In this document: positions 1 through 9,566 of the stretch, in pieces
Layout: the number at the start of each line of letters is the position of its first letter
Numbering within the stretch: the stretch's first letter is position 1
DNA from: Promethearchaeota archaeon
GTDB taxonomy: Archaea; Asgardarchaeota; Lokiarchaeia; Sigyniarchaeales; SOKP01
Assembly: GCA_018238625.1 (NCBI GenBank)
Contig: JABCSY010000008.1
Location: 1-64,000, forward strand
DNA: 64,000 nucleotides
Direction: 5' to 3'
The notes under the pieces: generated by a model
The model's database searches: none
The model's input: the letters and a program-made list of their open reading frames with translations, nothing else
What the model was told of the DNA's origin: nothing
Made by a program: the position numbers and the translations under genes

Positions 1-68
1 ATAAATTTATAAAAAAACAATGTGTTAATTTTATTGTGTTTAAAACATATAATAAATGATGAATAAAT

Positions 69-374
69 ATGGGTAAGACTATAACATCAAGGTTACCAGA
101 TAAAATGGTTGAAGAGATAGAAAGAATTGCAAAGTTAGAGAATCTTGATAGGTCTAGTGTCGTGAGAAGGCTATTAAATAAGGCAATTCCCGAATGGAAA
201 CTAGAGTATGCTTTAAAATTATATCAACATAAAGAAATTTCTTTAGGAAAAGCAGCGGAATTAAGTTCTCTATCTATATGGGAAATGTTAGAAAAATTGT
301 CACAAAATAGTATTCCTCTTAATTATGACCTTGAAGAATTAGAAAGTGATTTGGAAAAGGTTAAAGAATTATGA
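69..374 (+). CDS. UPF0175 family antitoxin-like protein (N-terminal ribbon-helix-helix, C-terminal HTH)
   Basis: RHH start (TITSRLPDKMVEEIERIAK..DRSSVVRRLL) and UPF0175 motif ISLGKAAELSSLSIWE; overlaps next ORF by ATGA. Confidence 0.85.
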   Translation: MGKTITSRLPDKMVEEIERIAKLENLDRSSVVRRLLNKAIPEWKLEYALKLYQHKEISLGKAAELSSLSIWEMLEKLSQNSIPLNYDLEELESDLEKVKEL

Positions 375-871
375 CACAATATTCAATCATTTCAAATGCA
401 ACTCCTTTAATTGCATTCATTAAAAAAAATGAACTATCCATATTAAAAACCCTTTTTAAAGAAATAATTATTCCTAAAGCTGTTTATGATGAGATTTTAA
501 ATACACCTAGAACTTTAAATAAAGAAGGAGAGATTTTAAAGAAAGAAATAAAAAACAAATGGATTCGTATTAGAGAAATTACTAAACTAAAATTTTCTGA
601 ATTAAATCTTGGAAGAGGAGAAACCGAAGCACTTAATTTATGTATAGAATCCAATAACCCATTATTACTTATTGATGAAAAAAAAGCAAGGAATATCGCT
701 AAATCTTTAAAGATAGATGTATTAGGAACTATAGGGATATTATTACTCGTTAATAAAAGAGGGCTAAAAAATGAACAAGAAATATTAGAAAATTTAGATC
801 TTTTAATTAAAAAGGGGTTTTATTTGTCAAGCGAAGTAATTTTAGGTTTTTTAAATAAAATTAGGAAATGA
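371..871 (+). CDS. DUF3368 PIN-domain protein (VapC-like partner of UPF0175)
   Basis: ISNATPLI, IPKAVYDE, LGRGETEAL, LLIDEKKAR, VLGTIGIL motifs; coupled to the UPF0175 gene. Confidence 0.9.
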   Translation: MTQYSIISNATPLIAFIKKNELSILKTLFKEIIIPKAVYDEILNTPRTLNKEGEILKKEIKNKWIRIREITKLKFSELNLGRGETEALNLCIESNNPLLLIDEKKARNIAKSLKIDVLGTIGILLLVNKRGLKNEQEILENLDLLIKKGFYLSSEVILGFLNKIRK

Positions 872-1005
872 GTTATAAAATAAATTATAATATGTCTATT
901 AATTTAGATAATTTTAGTATATCGATTGATTATATTTGCATAGGGAAATATATCCATTTTCTCTTATTTCTTGTTTAATGTTCTATATTTTTCTATAACG
1001 ATAGG

Positions 1006-1251
1006 TTATTTAACCAGAAATACCATCAGACTAAGAACAAAGTAGTAGAGTTGATAAGGACTGACCATTATTCTTTCGATTAAACCCATGTAATTATTTT
1101 TGGCAAAGATGCCTGAGATAATTACAAGAATTAATGAAACTATAGCTGAAATGAGTGAGAACGTAGCAAAAGCACTCCATACTGCTACTAACTGTAATCG
1201 AAACCACAGTGCCACCATCCCAGCAATTGTGAATATTCCTATTGCAACCAC
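1006..1251 (-). pseudogene. 5'-truncated DUF998-like membrane protein remnant
   Basis: Three hydrophobic helices ending GLIERIMVSPYQLYYF, resembling the DUF998 C-terminal G-x-x-(E/Q)-R motif; no room for an N-terminal half before the HxlR stop. Confidence 0.5.
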
Positions 1252-1266
1252 AAGGTTGCAATATTT

Positions 1267-1707
1267 TTAGATCTTTCCCCGATGCATCCAAAAGAGAAAC
1301 AACGGTACTAATAAAAGAATTAATTTTCTCCCGTATTCGGTCAATTTATAAGACACGCCAACGGGGCGAGTGTTGTGGATTATCCTATCAAGAATCTTAT
1401 TTTCTTCCAATTCTTTTAATCGATCGTTAAGGATTCGTGAACTTATTTTTGGTAATCCTTTTTTTAATTCACTATAGTGGGATTCACCTAACACCAGTGT
1501 AAGATATAAAATATCAATTGTCCACTTACCTTGGATTAAACTTATTGCTTGGCGAAGGCCCTCTCTTTCCATATTAAGTCGATTGAGGTCGTGTGGAAAT
1601 TTATGTAATTCACGAACTACGCAATCCTCAGAAGTTTTTATAATTACAGGAATTAATTCCAAAAGTTCTTTAAAAGTTTCAAAATTTTCTTCATTCATTA
1701 AAATCAC
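1267..1707 (-). CDS. HxlR-family winged-helix transcriptional regulator
   Basis: LIQGKWTIDIL, YSELKKGLPKISSRILNDRLKELEE, VSYKLTEYG; divergent from a flavoprotein gene. Confidence 0.9.
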   Translation of the reverse strand: MILMNEENFETFKELLELIPVIIKTSEDCVVRELHKFPHDLNRLNMEREGLRQAISLIQGKWTIDILYLTLVLGESHYSELKKGLPKISSRILNDRLKELEENKILDRIIHNTRPVGVSYKLTEYGRKLILLLVPLFLFWMHRGKI

Positions 1708-1886
1708 ATATAGAAAGATGGTGTAAAATTATGCATCTTACGTTAAAAAAGTTCCTTTTTCCTTTATTAGGGAAGATTAAATTAATATAATTAACAATAA
1801 AAGTAATTGAAAGAAATGATGATACAATTAATTTTAAACTATATTTAATAGAAATTTAATTTTTGACTATTGGAGGATTAATTAAA

Positions 1887-2546
1887 ATGAAAGTGTTAGG
1901 AATAATTGGAGCTGCTCGTAAAAATGGAACTGTTAGTTCATTAACAAAAAAAGTTTTGGAAGGAACACAAGAAAATGGGAATTTAACAGAACTTATTAAC
2001 TTGTATGATTACGATATTCAACACTGTAAAGGTTGTTGGAGTTGTCATACGGGGAAGTGTACGATAGACGACGATTTTGAGAAAGTTTTTATTAAAATAA
2101 AAGAAGCAGATATTATTATTTTAGGAAGTCCAGTTTATTGGGCGAATATCTCAGGGATTATGAAAACATTTTTCGATAGACATACAGTTCACATGCATAA
2201 CCGATTCCCTGATGGACGTGATTTATGGAAACTTCCGACAAGAGAAAAAATTAAAAAAGGTAGAAATGCTTTGAAAAAATTTGGTCCCATGGATAGAGAA
2301 GATTTTAAGAAAAAGCAATATATCTTAATTGTAGCATCAACTGTTCCTTTTAAACACATCTTTGGTGGGAGAAAAGAAGTAGTTCCAACAATAAATGCAT
2401 TGAAAAGATATATTAACAAGTTACAAGGAAAATTAATTGGTAAACTCATTTACACGGATACATTGTTCCGATTTTTTAAGAAAAAAAGAGATAAAATGAT
2501 GAATAAAGCTTTTCGACTCGGAAAATCTCTTAAAAAAACGCCATAA
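1887..2546 (+). CDS. Flavodoxin-family / iron-sulfur flavoprotein (FMN_red)
   Basis: MKVLGIIGAARKNG start with GGAGG SD at 1872; CKGCWSC..C cluster motif; GSPVYWANISGIMKTFFDR. Confidence 0.9.
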   Translation: MKVLGIIGAARKNGTVSSLTKKVLEGTQENGNLTELINLYDYDIQHCKGCWSCHTGKCTIDDDFEKVFIKIKEADIIILGSPVYWANISGIMKTFFDRHTVHMHNRFPDGRDLWKLPTREKIKKGRNALKKFGPMDREDFKKKQYILIVASTVPFKHIFGGRKEVVPTINALKRYINKLQGKLIGKLIYTDTLFRFFKKKRDKMMNKAFRLGKSLKKTP

Positions 2547-2801
2547 GATTTGGGAAAAAACAAAAAGAAATGAGTAGAAGTTGAGATATTTTGAGGATAT
2601 GGAATCTTATTGATTATATAGACGACCCAATAGTTTTAAATGCGTTAAAAAAAATTATCACATTAAATTAGAAGAAATTAATAGTCTCTATTTGTTTTAT
2701 TTATTTAAAGATAAGATTTATTTGGTTAATCTTATTAGTTTTAAAGAATAATTTAGACGGAAAATATATTAAAATTAAAATATTTCATATGGGGTGATTT
2801 T

Positions 2802-2957
2802 TTGAGCAAACGAGGGAGAATGGGAGGATCTAAAGCTGCAGGACCGGGTGGTAGTTGCAAGTGTCCTAAATGTGGCAAAACTATGAAACATCAAGTGGGC
2901 ATACCTTGCTACCAGCAAAATTGTCCAAAATGTGGTACTAAAATGGTTAGAAAATAA
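2802..2957 (+). CDS. 51-aa Cys-rich double zinc-ribbon/metal-binding microprotein (not in the ORF track)
   Basis: Manual translation MSKRGRMGGSKAAGPGGSCKCPKCGKTMKHQVGIPCYQQNCPKCGTKMVRK; GGTGA SD before TTG. Confidence 0.85.
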   Translation: MSKRGRMGGSKAAGPGGSCKCPKCGKTMKHQVGIPCYQQNCPKCGTKMVRK

Positions 2958-3122
2958 GTAGATATTCATAAGACTTTAAAATATATTTATAATCCACTTT
3001 TTTTAATGAACGAATTTTCTTATATTTTATATTGTAGATTACGATGCGTACTTAATCGATCTTAAATTCCCTCTAAAAGATCATTAAATCTTATTATTTT
3101 TACCTTAATTTTTTAATAAGGT

Positions 3123-3374
3123 TATCATACGATTGATAATCGGTTTGTATTGGGTAATTTTTTATTTAATCTAATACTTGATTGAATAAAATTAAGTTAA
3201 TCTTTAAACAAAGATACTCAATTAAGTTAAAATTTAAATTTCAGTTAGGTTATTACTATGCTAATCAGCTTCCCGAACATGGGTCCGAACTGGGTGGCTT
3301 TTAAAACCTTATTCACGAGTCTTGATTTAGATGTGGTTGTTCCAGATCCAACTAATCGAGAAGCTATTAAGATT
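3123..3374 (+). repeat. Direct repeat copy 1 (upstream element + first 39 codons of a COG3581-like gene); copy 2 at 11625-11866
   Basis: 3123-3218 vs 11625-11720: 92/96 identical by manual alignment; coding part 36/39 aa identical. Confidence 0.95.
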
Positions 3375-3458
3375 CGAATAGAATCCTTCACTGAAATTAT
3401 TAAGCGCAAGAAGAGAATGCAAGCTGGAAAAAAGAAAGCGAAAAGAAGCGTGCAATAA
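3258..3458 (+). pseudogene. Deletion-scar chimera: N-terminus of a COG3581-like subunit joined to the C-terminus of a related reductase subunit
   Basis: Residues 1-39 match ORF 11750; then RIESFTEIIKRKK resembles the ends of ORF 3485 (RVESFVEMIRRKK) and ORF 6933 (RIEAF). Confidence 0.8.
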
Positions 3459-3484
3459 TCGTTTCGTACAATAATCCCAACCCT

Positions 3485-5911
3485 GTGTTTAACATGAGCG
3501 AAGAAAAACTAGCAATACATAAAAGAAAAGTAGAAGCGATCTCTGAAATGGTTAGAAATGCGTACGATAACGCGAAGCCGGGGGAATATTTCTCTCTAAA
3601 AAAGGCAAGCGTTTCCCACATGGCTCCACAGCCGGATAATCCGACCTATAGTGACAAGCCGATAGACGTGAGGTCACTTACAGACATTATTGAGATAAAC
3701 ACGGATACAAGGACGTGTATTGCAGAAGCAGGGATTACTTTTGTTAGGCTTGCAACAGAAACCTTAAAGTATGGGCTCGTACCGCAATGTGTTTCCGAGC
3801 TCAAGGGAATCACGATAGGCGGGGTAGTAGCAGGATGTTCAGTTGAATCCATGTCTTTCAAGTATGGGGGATTTTTCGATTCCTGTGAAGAAATAGAGAT
3901 TGTGACAGGAACAGGTGACATAATGTTATGCACGAAAAGTGATAACCATGAAATATTCGAGATGCTGCACGGGAGTTTCGGCACGATTGCAATCATCACG
4001 CTCCTGAAGTTCAAGCTCGTTCCAGCAAAAGAGTGCGTCCGCATCGATTACATCCGTTACGATACTTTTAGTGAATACATGGAAGCTATCAAGCAACACT
4101 ACGAAAAGCAGGATATTGAAATGATGGACGGGCTTATCTTCTCCGAGAATATGAACGTACTCTGCGTTGCCAGCTTCGTTGATGAGGAGGAAGCTCCTTA
4201 CAAGAGTGAATATTTCTACGATATTTATTACAAAAGTGCGATGAAAAAAAAGCGAGACTTCCTCTCCACCATAGATTATTTTTTCAGGTATGATGCAGAT
4301 TGCCACTGGTCGATACGGAATGTTGCTGGAGGAATTTTTGAGAATAAAGTAGTCCGGTGGTTAGTAGGGCCCTTTATACTTGGATCGACAAATATTCTTA
4401 AGATCAGCGAACGATTGCCATTTTTAACTAAGAAGGGGGGAGAACCGGACGTGATTATTGATGTCTTCATACCAATCACTCACGCGGAAGAGTTTTTCAA
4501 TTGGTACCTGGAGTTATTTGATTACTTCCCGGTTTGGATCGTCCCTTACCGCATGCAAAAAAACAAACTAGATGGGTACAAGTTCTACCCGTGGCTCAAT
4601 CAAGACATGATCGCTCCCATCGAGGATGAACTATTCATAGATTTTGCCATCTACGGGTTCGAGCAAAAAAGAAAGGGATTTAACTTCTATAAAGCGCTAG
4701 AAGAAAAGGTTCATGAGCTCAGGGGAATGAAAACCCTGATAACTCACAATTTCTACGAGGAAGACTTGTTCTGGAAGGTATATAACAAAAAATTTTACGA
4801 TAAAGTGAAAGAACGAACGGATCCCAAGAACCTATTTCGAAACTTGTACGAAAAGACGAATTATAAAAATCAGAAAAAGACTGAAAAGACGAAAAGACTG
4901 AAGGTAGGTATACCACGTTCCCTGTATTTCTACAAGTATTTTCCATTATGGGAAGGAATGCTTACAAGTCTTGGTTGCGAAGTTATTGTGAGTCCAGAAA
5001 CAAACAAAGAAATTCTTACCAACGGATCTAATCAATCTGCAACCGATTTATGCATTCCAGTCAAGATTCATTATGGTCACGTGAATTATTTATCGAGAAA
5101 TCACCCCGATCTAGATTTTATATTTGTTCCAAGACTCATTAGTAAAAGTAATGATCATTATTTTTGTCCGAAATTCCTGATCCTTCCAGATGTCACTCAA
5201 CACTCAGCAGTTTCTAATATTCCCGTTATTGAATGGATTTTTAATGCCAGGGAACATTCAATGATGAAATCAGCAATAGATTTTGGAAAAACATTAGATA
5301 AATCAAAAGAAGAATCAAAACTGGCGTATGAGAATGGATATAAAAAACTTGAAGAATTCCATGAGTTGATTGAGGATGGAATTCTTGTTCCTGATGCATT
5401 TTACAAAATGTATCCTTTTGAAAAATATCCAAATTATAAGTTTAAGAAAAGATTTCGACCTAAACTTAACAAAGATTATGAAAATTATCCACTTTCATTA
5501 ATGGTTCTTGGTCATCCATACAATACTTATGAATCAATTATTAATCATGGATTAATGGATATTCTCAAATCCAATTTTGTTGATGTTGTAACTGTTGAAA
5601 ATGCTCCAAAGGAAATCTTCTCAAGAAGAGTTGAAATTGATGATAATTTTTGCAATTTCTGGGATAATGAAGATGAATTGATGCAATTATCTGATTATGT
5701 TATACATAATGAAGAGATTGATGGGGGTATTTTCTTGATTTCTTTTGCATGTGGTCCTGATTCTTTAATTCAAGAATTGGTAATGCAGGATTTTGACATG
5801 AAAGATAAGCCTTATATTAATCTCACATTAGATGAACACACTGGAGAATCTCAAATAACTACAAGAGTAGAATCTTTTGTCGAAATGATAAGGAGGAAGA
5901 AATACAAATGA
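3485..5911 (+). CDS. Fusion: DHCR24/BfaA-like FAD-binding oxidoreductase (VAO/PCMH family) + DUF2229/COG3580 activase-partner domain
   Basis: N-part ITIGGVVAGCSVESMSFKYG, HGSFGT, YDKVKERTDPKNLFRNLYEK; C-part KVGIPRSLYFYKYFPLW, LCIPVKIHYGH, CPKF, SFACGPDS, LDEHTGE..TRVESF. Confidence 0.85.
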   Translation: MFNMSEEKLAIHKRKVEAISEMVRNAYDNAKPGEYFSLKKASVSHMAPQPDNPTYSDKPIDVRSLTDIIEINTDTRTCIAEAGITFVRLATETLKYGLVPQCVSELKGITIGGVVAGCSVESMSFKYGGFFDSCEEIEIVTGTGDIMLCTKSDNHEIFEMLHGSFGTIAIITLLKFKLVPAKECVRIDYIRYDTFSEYMEAIKQHYEKQDIEMMDGLIFSENMNVLCVASFVDEEEAPYKSEYFYDIYYKSAMKKKRDFLSTIDYFFRYDADCHWSIRNVAGGIFENKVVRWLVGPFILGSTNILKISERLPFLTKKGGEPDVIIDVFIPITHAEEFFNWYLELFDYFPVWIVPYRMQKNKLDGYKFYPWLNQDMIAPIEDELFIDFAIYGFEQKRKGFNFYKALEEKVHELRGMKTLITHNFYEEDLFWKVYNKKFYDKVKERTDPKNLFRNLYEKTNYKNQKKTEKTKRLKVGIPRSLYFYKYFPLWEGMLTSLGCEVIVSPETNKEILTNGSNQSATDLCIPVKIHYGHVNYLSRNHPDLDFIFVPRLISKSNDHYFCPKFLILPDVTQHSAVSNIPVIEWIFNAREHSMMKSAIDFGKTLDKSKEESKLAYENGYKKLEEFHELIEDGILVPDAFYKMYPFEKYPNYKFKKRFRPKLNKDYENYPLSLMVLGHPYNTYESIINHGLMDILKSNFVDVVTVENAPKEIFSRRVEIDDNFCNFWDNEDELMQLSDYVIHNEEIDGGIFLISFACGPDSLIQELVMQDFDMKDKPYINLTLDEHTGESQITTRVESFVEMIRRKKYK

Positions 5912-6939
5912 ATGAACCAGAATTTATCAAAAATATTCTTTCAGATGATGTGGATGACAAGTTATATCTAGGAATCGATGTCGGAAGTGTCTCCACGAAA
6001 TGTGCAATAATTAATGAGAGAAATGAATTATTGTATGCTACCTGGACCAGAAATGATGGTTCTCCCATTGTTTCTACACAAGAAAATCTAAAATACATGG
6101 AAGAAGTCCTTCCCGATAACATCGAAAAAAGTATTTGTGGTGTTGGGACAACAGGTTCTGCCAGGTATTTAATAAAAGCTCTTATCGGTGCAGATATAGC
6201 AAAACCTGAAATAATTGCTCATGCAATTGGAGCTTCAACTTATACCCCTGATGTGAGAACAATTCTTGAAATCGGGGGACAGGACAGCAAAGTTATATTG
6301 ATGAAAAATGGCATCGTAACAGATTTTAACATGAACAGTGTTTGTGCTGCCGGAACTGGTTCTTTTCTAGATCACCAAGCAGTTCGGATCAAGGTTCCAA
6401 TTGAAGAATTTGGGGATTATGCTCTTCGGGCAGAAGAGGAGGTTTCAATTGCAGGACGATGCACAGTTTTTGCCGAATCTGATATGATCAGTAAACAACA
6501 AGAAGGATATTCTAAAGAATCAATTATCAAGGGATTGTGTAAAGCTCTTGTTAGAAACTACTTGAATAATGTTTGCAAGGGAAAAAAAATGTATCCTCCC
6601 TTTGTATTCCAGGGAGGAGTTGCAGCAAATTCCGGAATAAAAAATGCTTTTGAAGAAGAATTGGGGTATGAAGTCATTGTTCATGAGAACTATTACGTGA
6701 TGGGAGCATTTGGTTCAGCCATTTTGGCAAAGGAACATGTAAATGGACAGATATCTTCTTTTCATGGCCTAAAAGTTAGTGAAATGAACTTGGCTCCAGG
6801 TTCATTTGTCTGTCCTGATTGTGCAAATAGATGTACAGTTAAATACCTTGTCAGGGAAGAAGATAAAAGTAGAGTAACTGGAAGAGAAAAGGATGATGCG
6901 ATATTTGCACGATGGAATAGTAGGTGCGGTAAATGGTAA
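5908..6939 (+). CDS. HgdC/BcrAD_BadFG-type ATP-dependent activase (COG1924)
   Basis: LGIDVGSVSTK, TTGSAR, EIGGQDSK, MNSVCAAGTGSFL, AGRCTVFAESD, FQGGVAAN; C-terminal CPDCANRC...RCGKW. Confidence 0.92.
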   Translation: MNEPEFIKNILSDDVDDKLYLGIDVGSVSTKCAIINERNELLYATWTRNDGSPIVSTQENLKYMEEVLPDNIEKSICGVGTTGSARYLIKALIGADIAKPEIIAHAIGASTYTPDVRTILEIGGQDSKVILMKNGIVTDFNMNSVCAAGTGSFLDHQAVRIKVPIEEFGDYALRAEEEVSIAGRCTVFAESDMISKQQEGYSKESIIKGLCKALVRNYLNNVCKGKKMYPPFVFQGGVAANSGIKNAFEEELGYEVIVHENYYVMGAFGSAILAKEHVNGQISSFHGLKVSEMNLAPGSFVCPDCANRCTVKYLVREEDKSRVTGREKDDAIFARWNSRCGKW

Positions 6940-8267
6940 ATGTTAGAGTTTCATTTTCACGAATGGGTTGGAGCTATATTTTTTTCAAAGGTTTATTCCA
7001 TGATCTTCCTGGTATTGAAGTTGTTGAACCCCCTCTAGTAAACACTGAAATCGTTAGTGAAGGAGTCAAAAATTCTCCTGAATTCGTTTGTTTTCCATTT
7101 AAAGTCATTCTTGGTGAAATGATAAACCTGTATCGTAATTATGATGTTAAAGATTTTGCGATGATTGCTGACTACGGCCCTTGTCGAGCAGGAATGTATG
7201 GTGTTGTCCAGAAAAGAATCCTGAAAAGCATGGGATTCAAGGATGTTAGAATGTTTTATCTACGTCAAGATGATTTCAGAAATCTTGAATGGCTAAGGGT
7301 ATTTCGTGATTTAGAAAAAAGAACAGGAAGAAAATTTGAGGACTATAAAGTTTTAAGAAACACACTCTTGTTCATGGTCAAAGCATACTATGTTGAAAGA
7401 ATAACCCATATTGAAGGACTTGTTAGATGTCGAGAAAAAAACAAAGCAATGACTACCAAAGTAGTTCATACTTTGATGAATTTACTTGATAACGAAAATA
7501 ATTTGATGAAATTATCTAATTTTGATAGAACGATAGATGAAAAATTTCGCAAGATTCCTATTGACAAGGAAATGGAACCTTTGAGGGTTTGTTATACTGG
7601 GGAAATCCAAGTCATGTTGGAGAAATGGGTTAATTATGATCTGATGGGAGAATTAGGCGTCATGGGTATCGAGGTTCACAAGCAGTATGATGTCTTTGAT
7701 TGGGTCATGTACAAACTTGACGCCAGCAAACGAAGAAGACGGCTTAAACATAGTGCAAGAAAGTATATTCCAATGGATATAGGAGGCGAGGCATTATGGA
7801 ACATGGGAAGTTATCTTGAGTCTCAAGAAAAAGGCTTCAACGGCTATGTACACATTTTTCCCTTCACCTGCATGCCTGAAATATCCCTCATGGGAATGTT
7901 AGAAGCTGAGAAAAACATGGACAAGTTTTACATGCCCCACATTCATTTTAGTCTTGATGGAAGTTCTGGTTTTGAAGGACTTAGAACAAGAATCGAAGCA
8001 TTTCATGATTTAATGGTTGGCAACAAGAAAAATAATCCCTTGTTTAGAGATGCCAAGTATGTGGTCCCGGATGAGATAAAAAATATATATTTTAAGCCGA
8101 AATCCAATTTTGAATATTTCGTGTCTAGTATTGAAACCCCAATGTCAAAGGTTTTAACAATGCTGAATCCATCAAAGAAATTAGATGTAGGATTCGCCGT
8201 TAAGAATGGACTCGAGTTTTTTTCAAGAAATTCGTTTTTTGGTATCGGATCTCTTTTTAACCTTTGA
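6933..8267 (+). CDS. COG3581/HGD-D-like Fe-S reductase-dehydratase subunit (PlsR-like)
   Basis: SPEFVCFPFK, GPCRAGMY, GEI, IGGEA, PFTCMPE, SGFEGLRTRIEAF. Confidence 0.85.
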   Translation: MVNVRVSFSRMGWSYIFFKGLFHDLPGIEVVEPPLVNTEIVSEGVKNSPEFVCFPFKVILGEMINLYRNYDVKDFAMIADYGPCRAGMYGVVQKRILKSMGFKDVRMFYLRQDDFRNLEWLRVFRDLEKRTGRKFEDYKVLRNTLLFMVKAYYVERITHIEGLVRCREKNKAMTTKVVHTLMNLLDNENNLMKLSNFDRTIDEKFRKIPIDKEMEPLRVCYTGEIQVMLEKWVNYDLMGELGVMGIEVHKQYDVFDWVMYKLDASKRRRRLKHSARKYIPMDIGGEALWNMGSYLESQEKGFNGYVHIFPFTCMPEISLMGMLEAEKNMDKFYMPHIHFSLDGSSGFEGLRTRIEAFHDLMVGNKKNNPLFRDAKYVVPDEIKNIYFKPKSNFEYFVSSIETPMSKVLTMLNPSKKLDVGFAVKNGLEFFSRNSFFGIGSLFNL

Positions 8268-8397
8268 GAAGCTATTTTGTTATGAAAGAAATATCAACAG
8301 ACTAAGAATGAACCTAAAATTAAAACCTTACTTTCAATTAACTTTATTTTTTAAGCAAATTATAATAAATAATAATATTGACTTTCTAGTTAGAATT

Positions 8398-9282
8398 ATG
8401 GATGAAATTGATTTTATCATTCTTAAAAAACTAATGGAAAACTCTCGCGTGACGTATAGAGAATTAGCAGAAATAATCGATATGTCCGTAAGCTCTACTC
8501 ATAAACGTATAAATAAACTTTTAGAAAATGGGGTTATCAAGGCATTTACTGCCCGACCAAGTGCAATAGCATTAAAATATCTATCTGTTATAGTTTTTGG
8601 TACTTCTAATGCAAAATCATTGGATGCTGTTAGTAAAGAGTTAGGGCAACATGAAAATATTAATAACGTTGCTATTGCAACCGGTAAAATGCTGTATATC
8701 TCTTCATATTTAAGAGATATAACAGGTCTTCGTGATTTTTCTGCTTATGTCTCAAAAACAGCTAATATAAGCGAACCTACTGTTGGAATTATGGATATAC
8801 CTTATATAACAACCCCAGAACCACTAACCACCATTGATTATAAAATACTAAAGTCTCTAAATAGAGATTCAAGGAAGCCTCTAACAGATATTGCAGATGA
8901 AGTAGGGCTTTCTGCTAAAACCGTTAGAAAACGATTAGATCGAATGATTGAGAATTACTTAGTAGAATTTACAATTGAAATGACCTTAAAATCTGAACAT
9001 AATTTGATTACAGGGTTCCATATATCTTTAAACGAAGGCACTAGCATAGACTCATCAATACAAAATATATATGAGAAATTTAAACAAAATGTTATTTATT
9101 GTATAAGCTATAGTAATATTCCTAACTTCTTTACAATGTATATATGGACAAAAGCGATTCAAAACTCCCAGAAAATTAACGAAGAACTACAATCTGAAGG
9201 ATTCAAAGATATTATTCCTATTATCTTCTTACATTCAGAATTTTACGATTGTTGGGTTGATCAATTACTTAGAACTAAATGA
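8398..9282 (+). CDS. Lrp/AsnC-family regulator with two HTH domains
   Basis: MDEIDFIILKKLMENSRVTYRELA and LTTIDYKILKSLNRDSRKPLTDIA; ATG 8398 preferred over 8206, which overlaps the previous gene. Confidence 0.88.
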   Translation: MDEIDFIILKKLMENSRVTYRELAEIIDMSVSSTHKRINKLLENGVIKAFTARPSAIALKYLSVIVFGTSNAKSLDAVSKELGQHENINNVAIATGKMLYISSYLRDITGLRDFSAYVSKTANISEPTVGIMDIPYITTPEPLTTIDYKILKSLNRDSRKPLTDIADEVGLSAKTVRKRLDRMIENYLVEFTIEMTLKSEHNLITGFHISLNEGTSIDSSIQNIYEKFKQNVIYCISYSNIPNFFTMYIWTKAIQNSQKINEELQSEGFKDIIPIIFLHSEFYDCWVDQLLRTK

Positions 9283-9566
9283 AATTGCGATTTTTTTCTA
9301 TTCCCAAATTTCACCTAAATGGCTAGAATTTTGGTAAATTTAGTTTCATTTTATTTCGAGATGAGGCTAAAAATGAGGACTTTATTGTTTTTTTTGATTA
9401 GTTTATTATTTTAGAATTTGAAAATTTCATCAAGAATCCCTCCCTACCATTTAAGGTAAATAAACACCCATGGTTGATTTTTTTCATTCTTGGCGAACAT
9501 GCTCTTATTAGAGCCCCAATCCCTATTAAAATTATAAAAAAAATAAAAAAAAATAAAAATAAATAG

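Noticed and set aside
3485-4860. Sterol biosynthesis (true DHCR24)
   Set aside because: No squalene epoxidase, cyclase or other sterol genes in the window; prokaryotic members of this family act on other lipids.
8206-8397. 64-aa N-terminal extension of the AsnC regulator
   Set aside because: Overlaps the upstream gene and reads through AT-rich promoter-like DNA; the family-like sequence starts at MDEID (8398).
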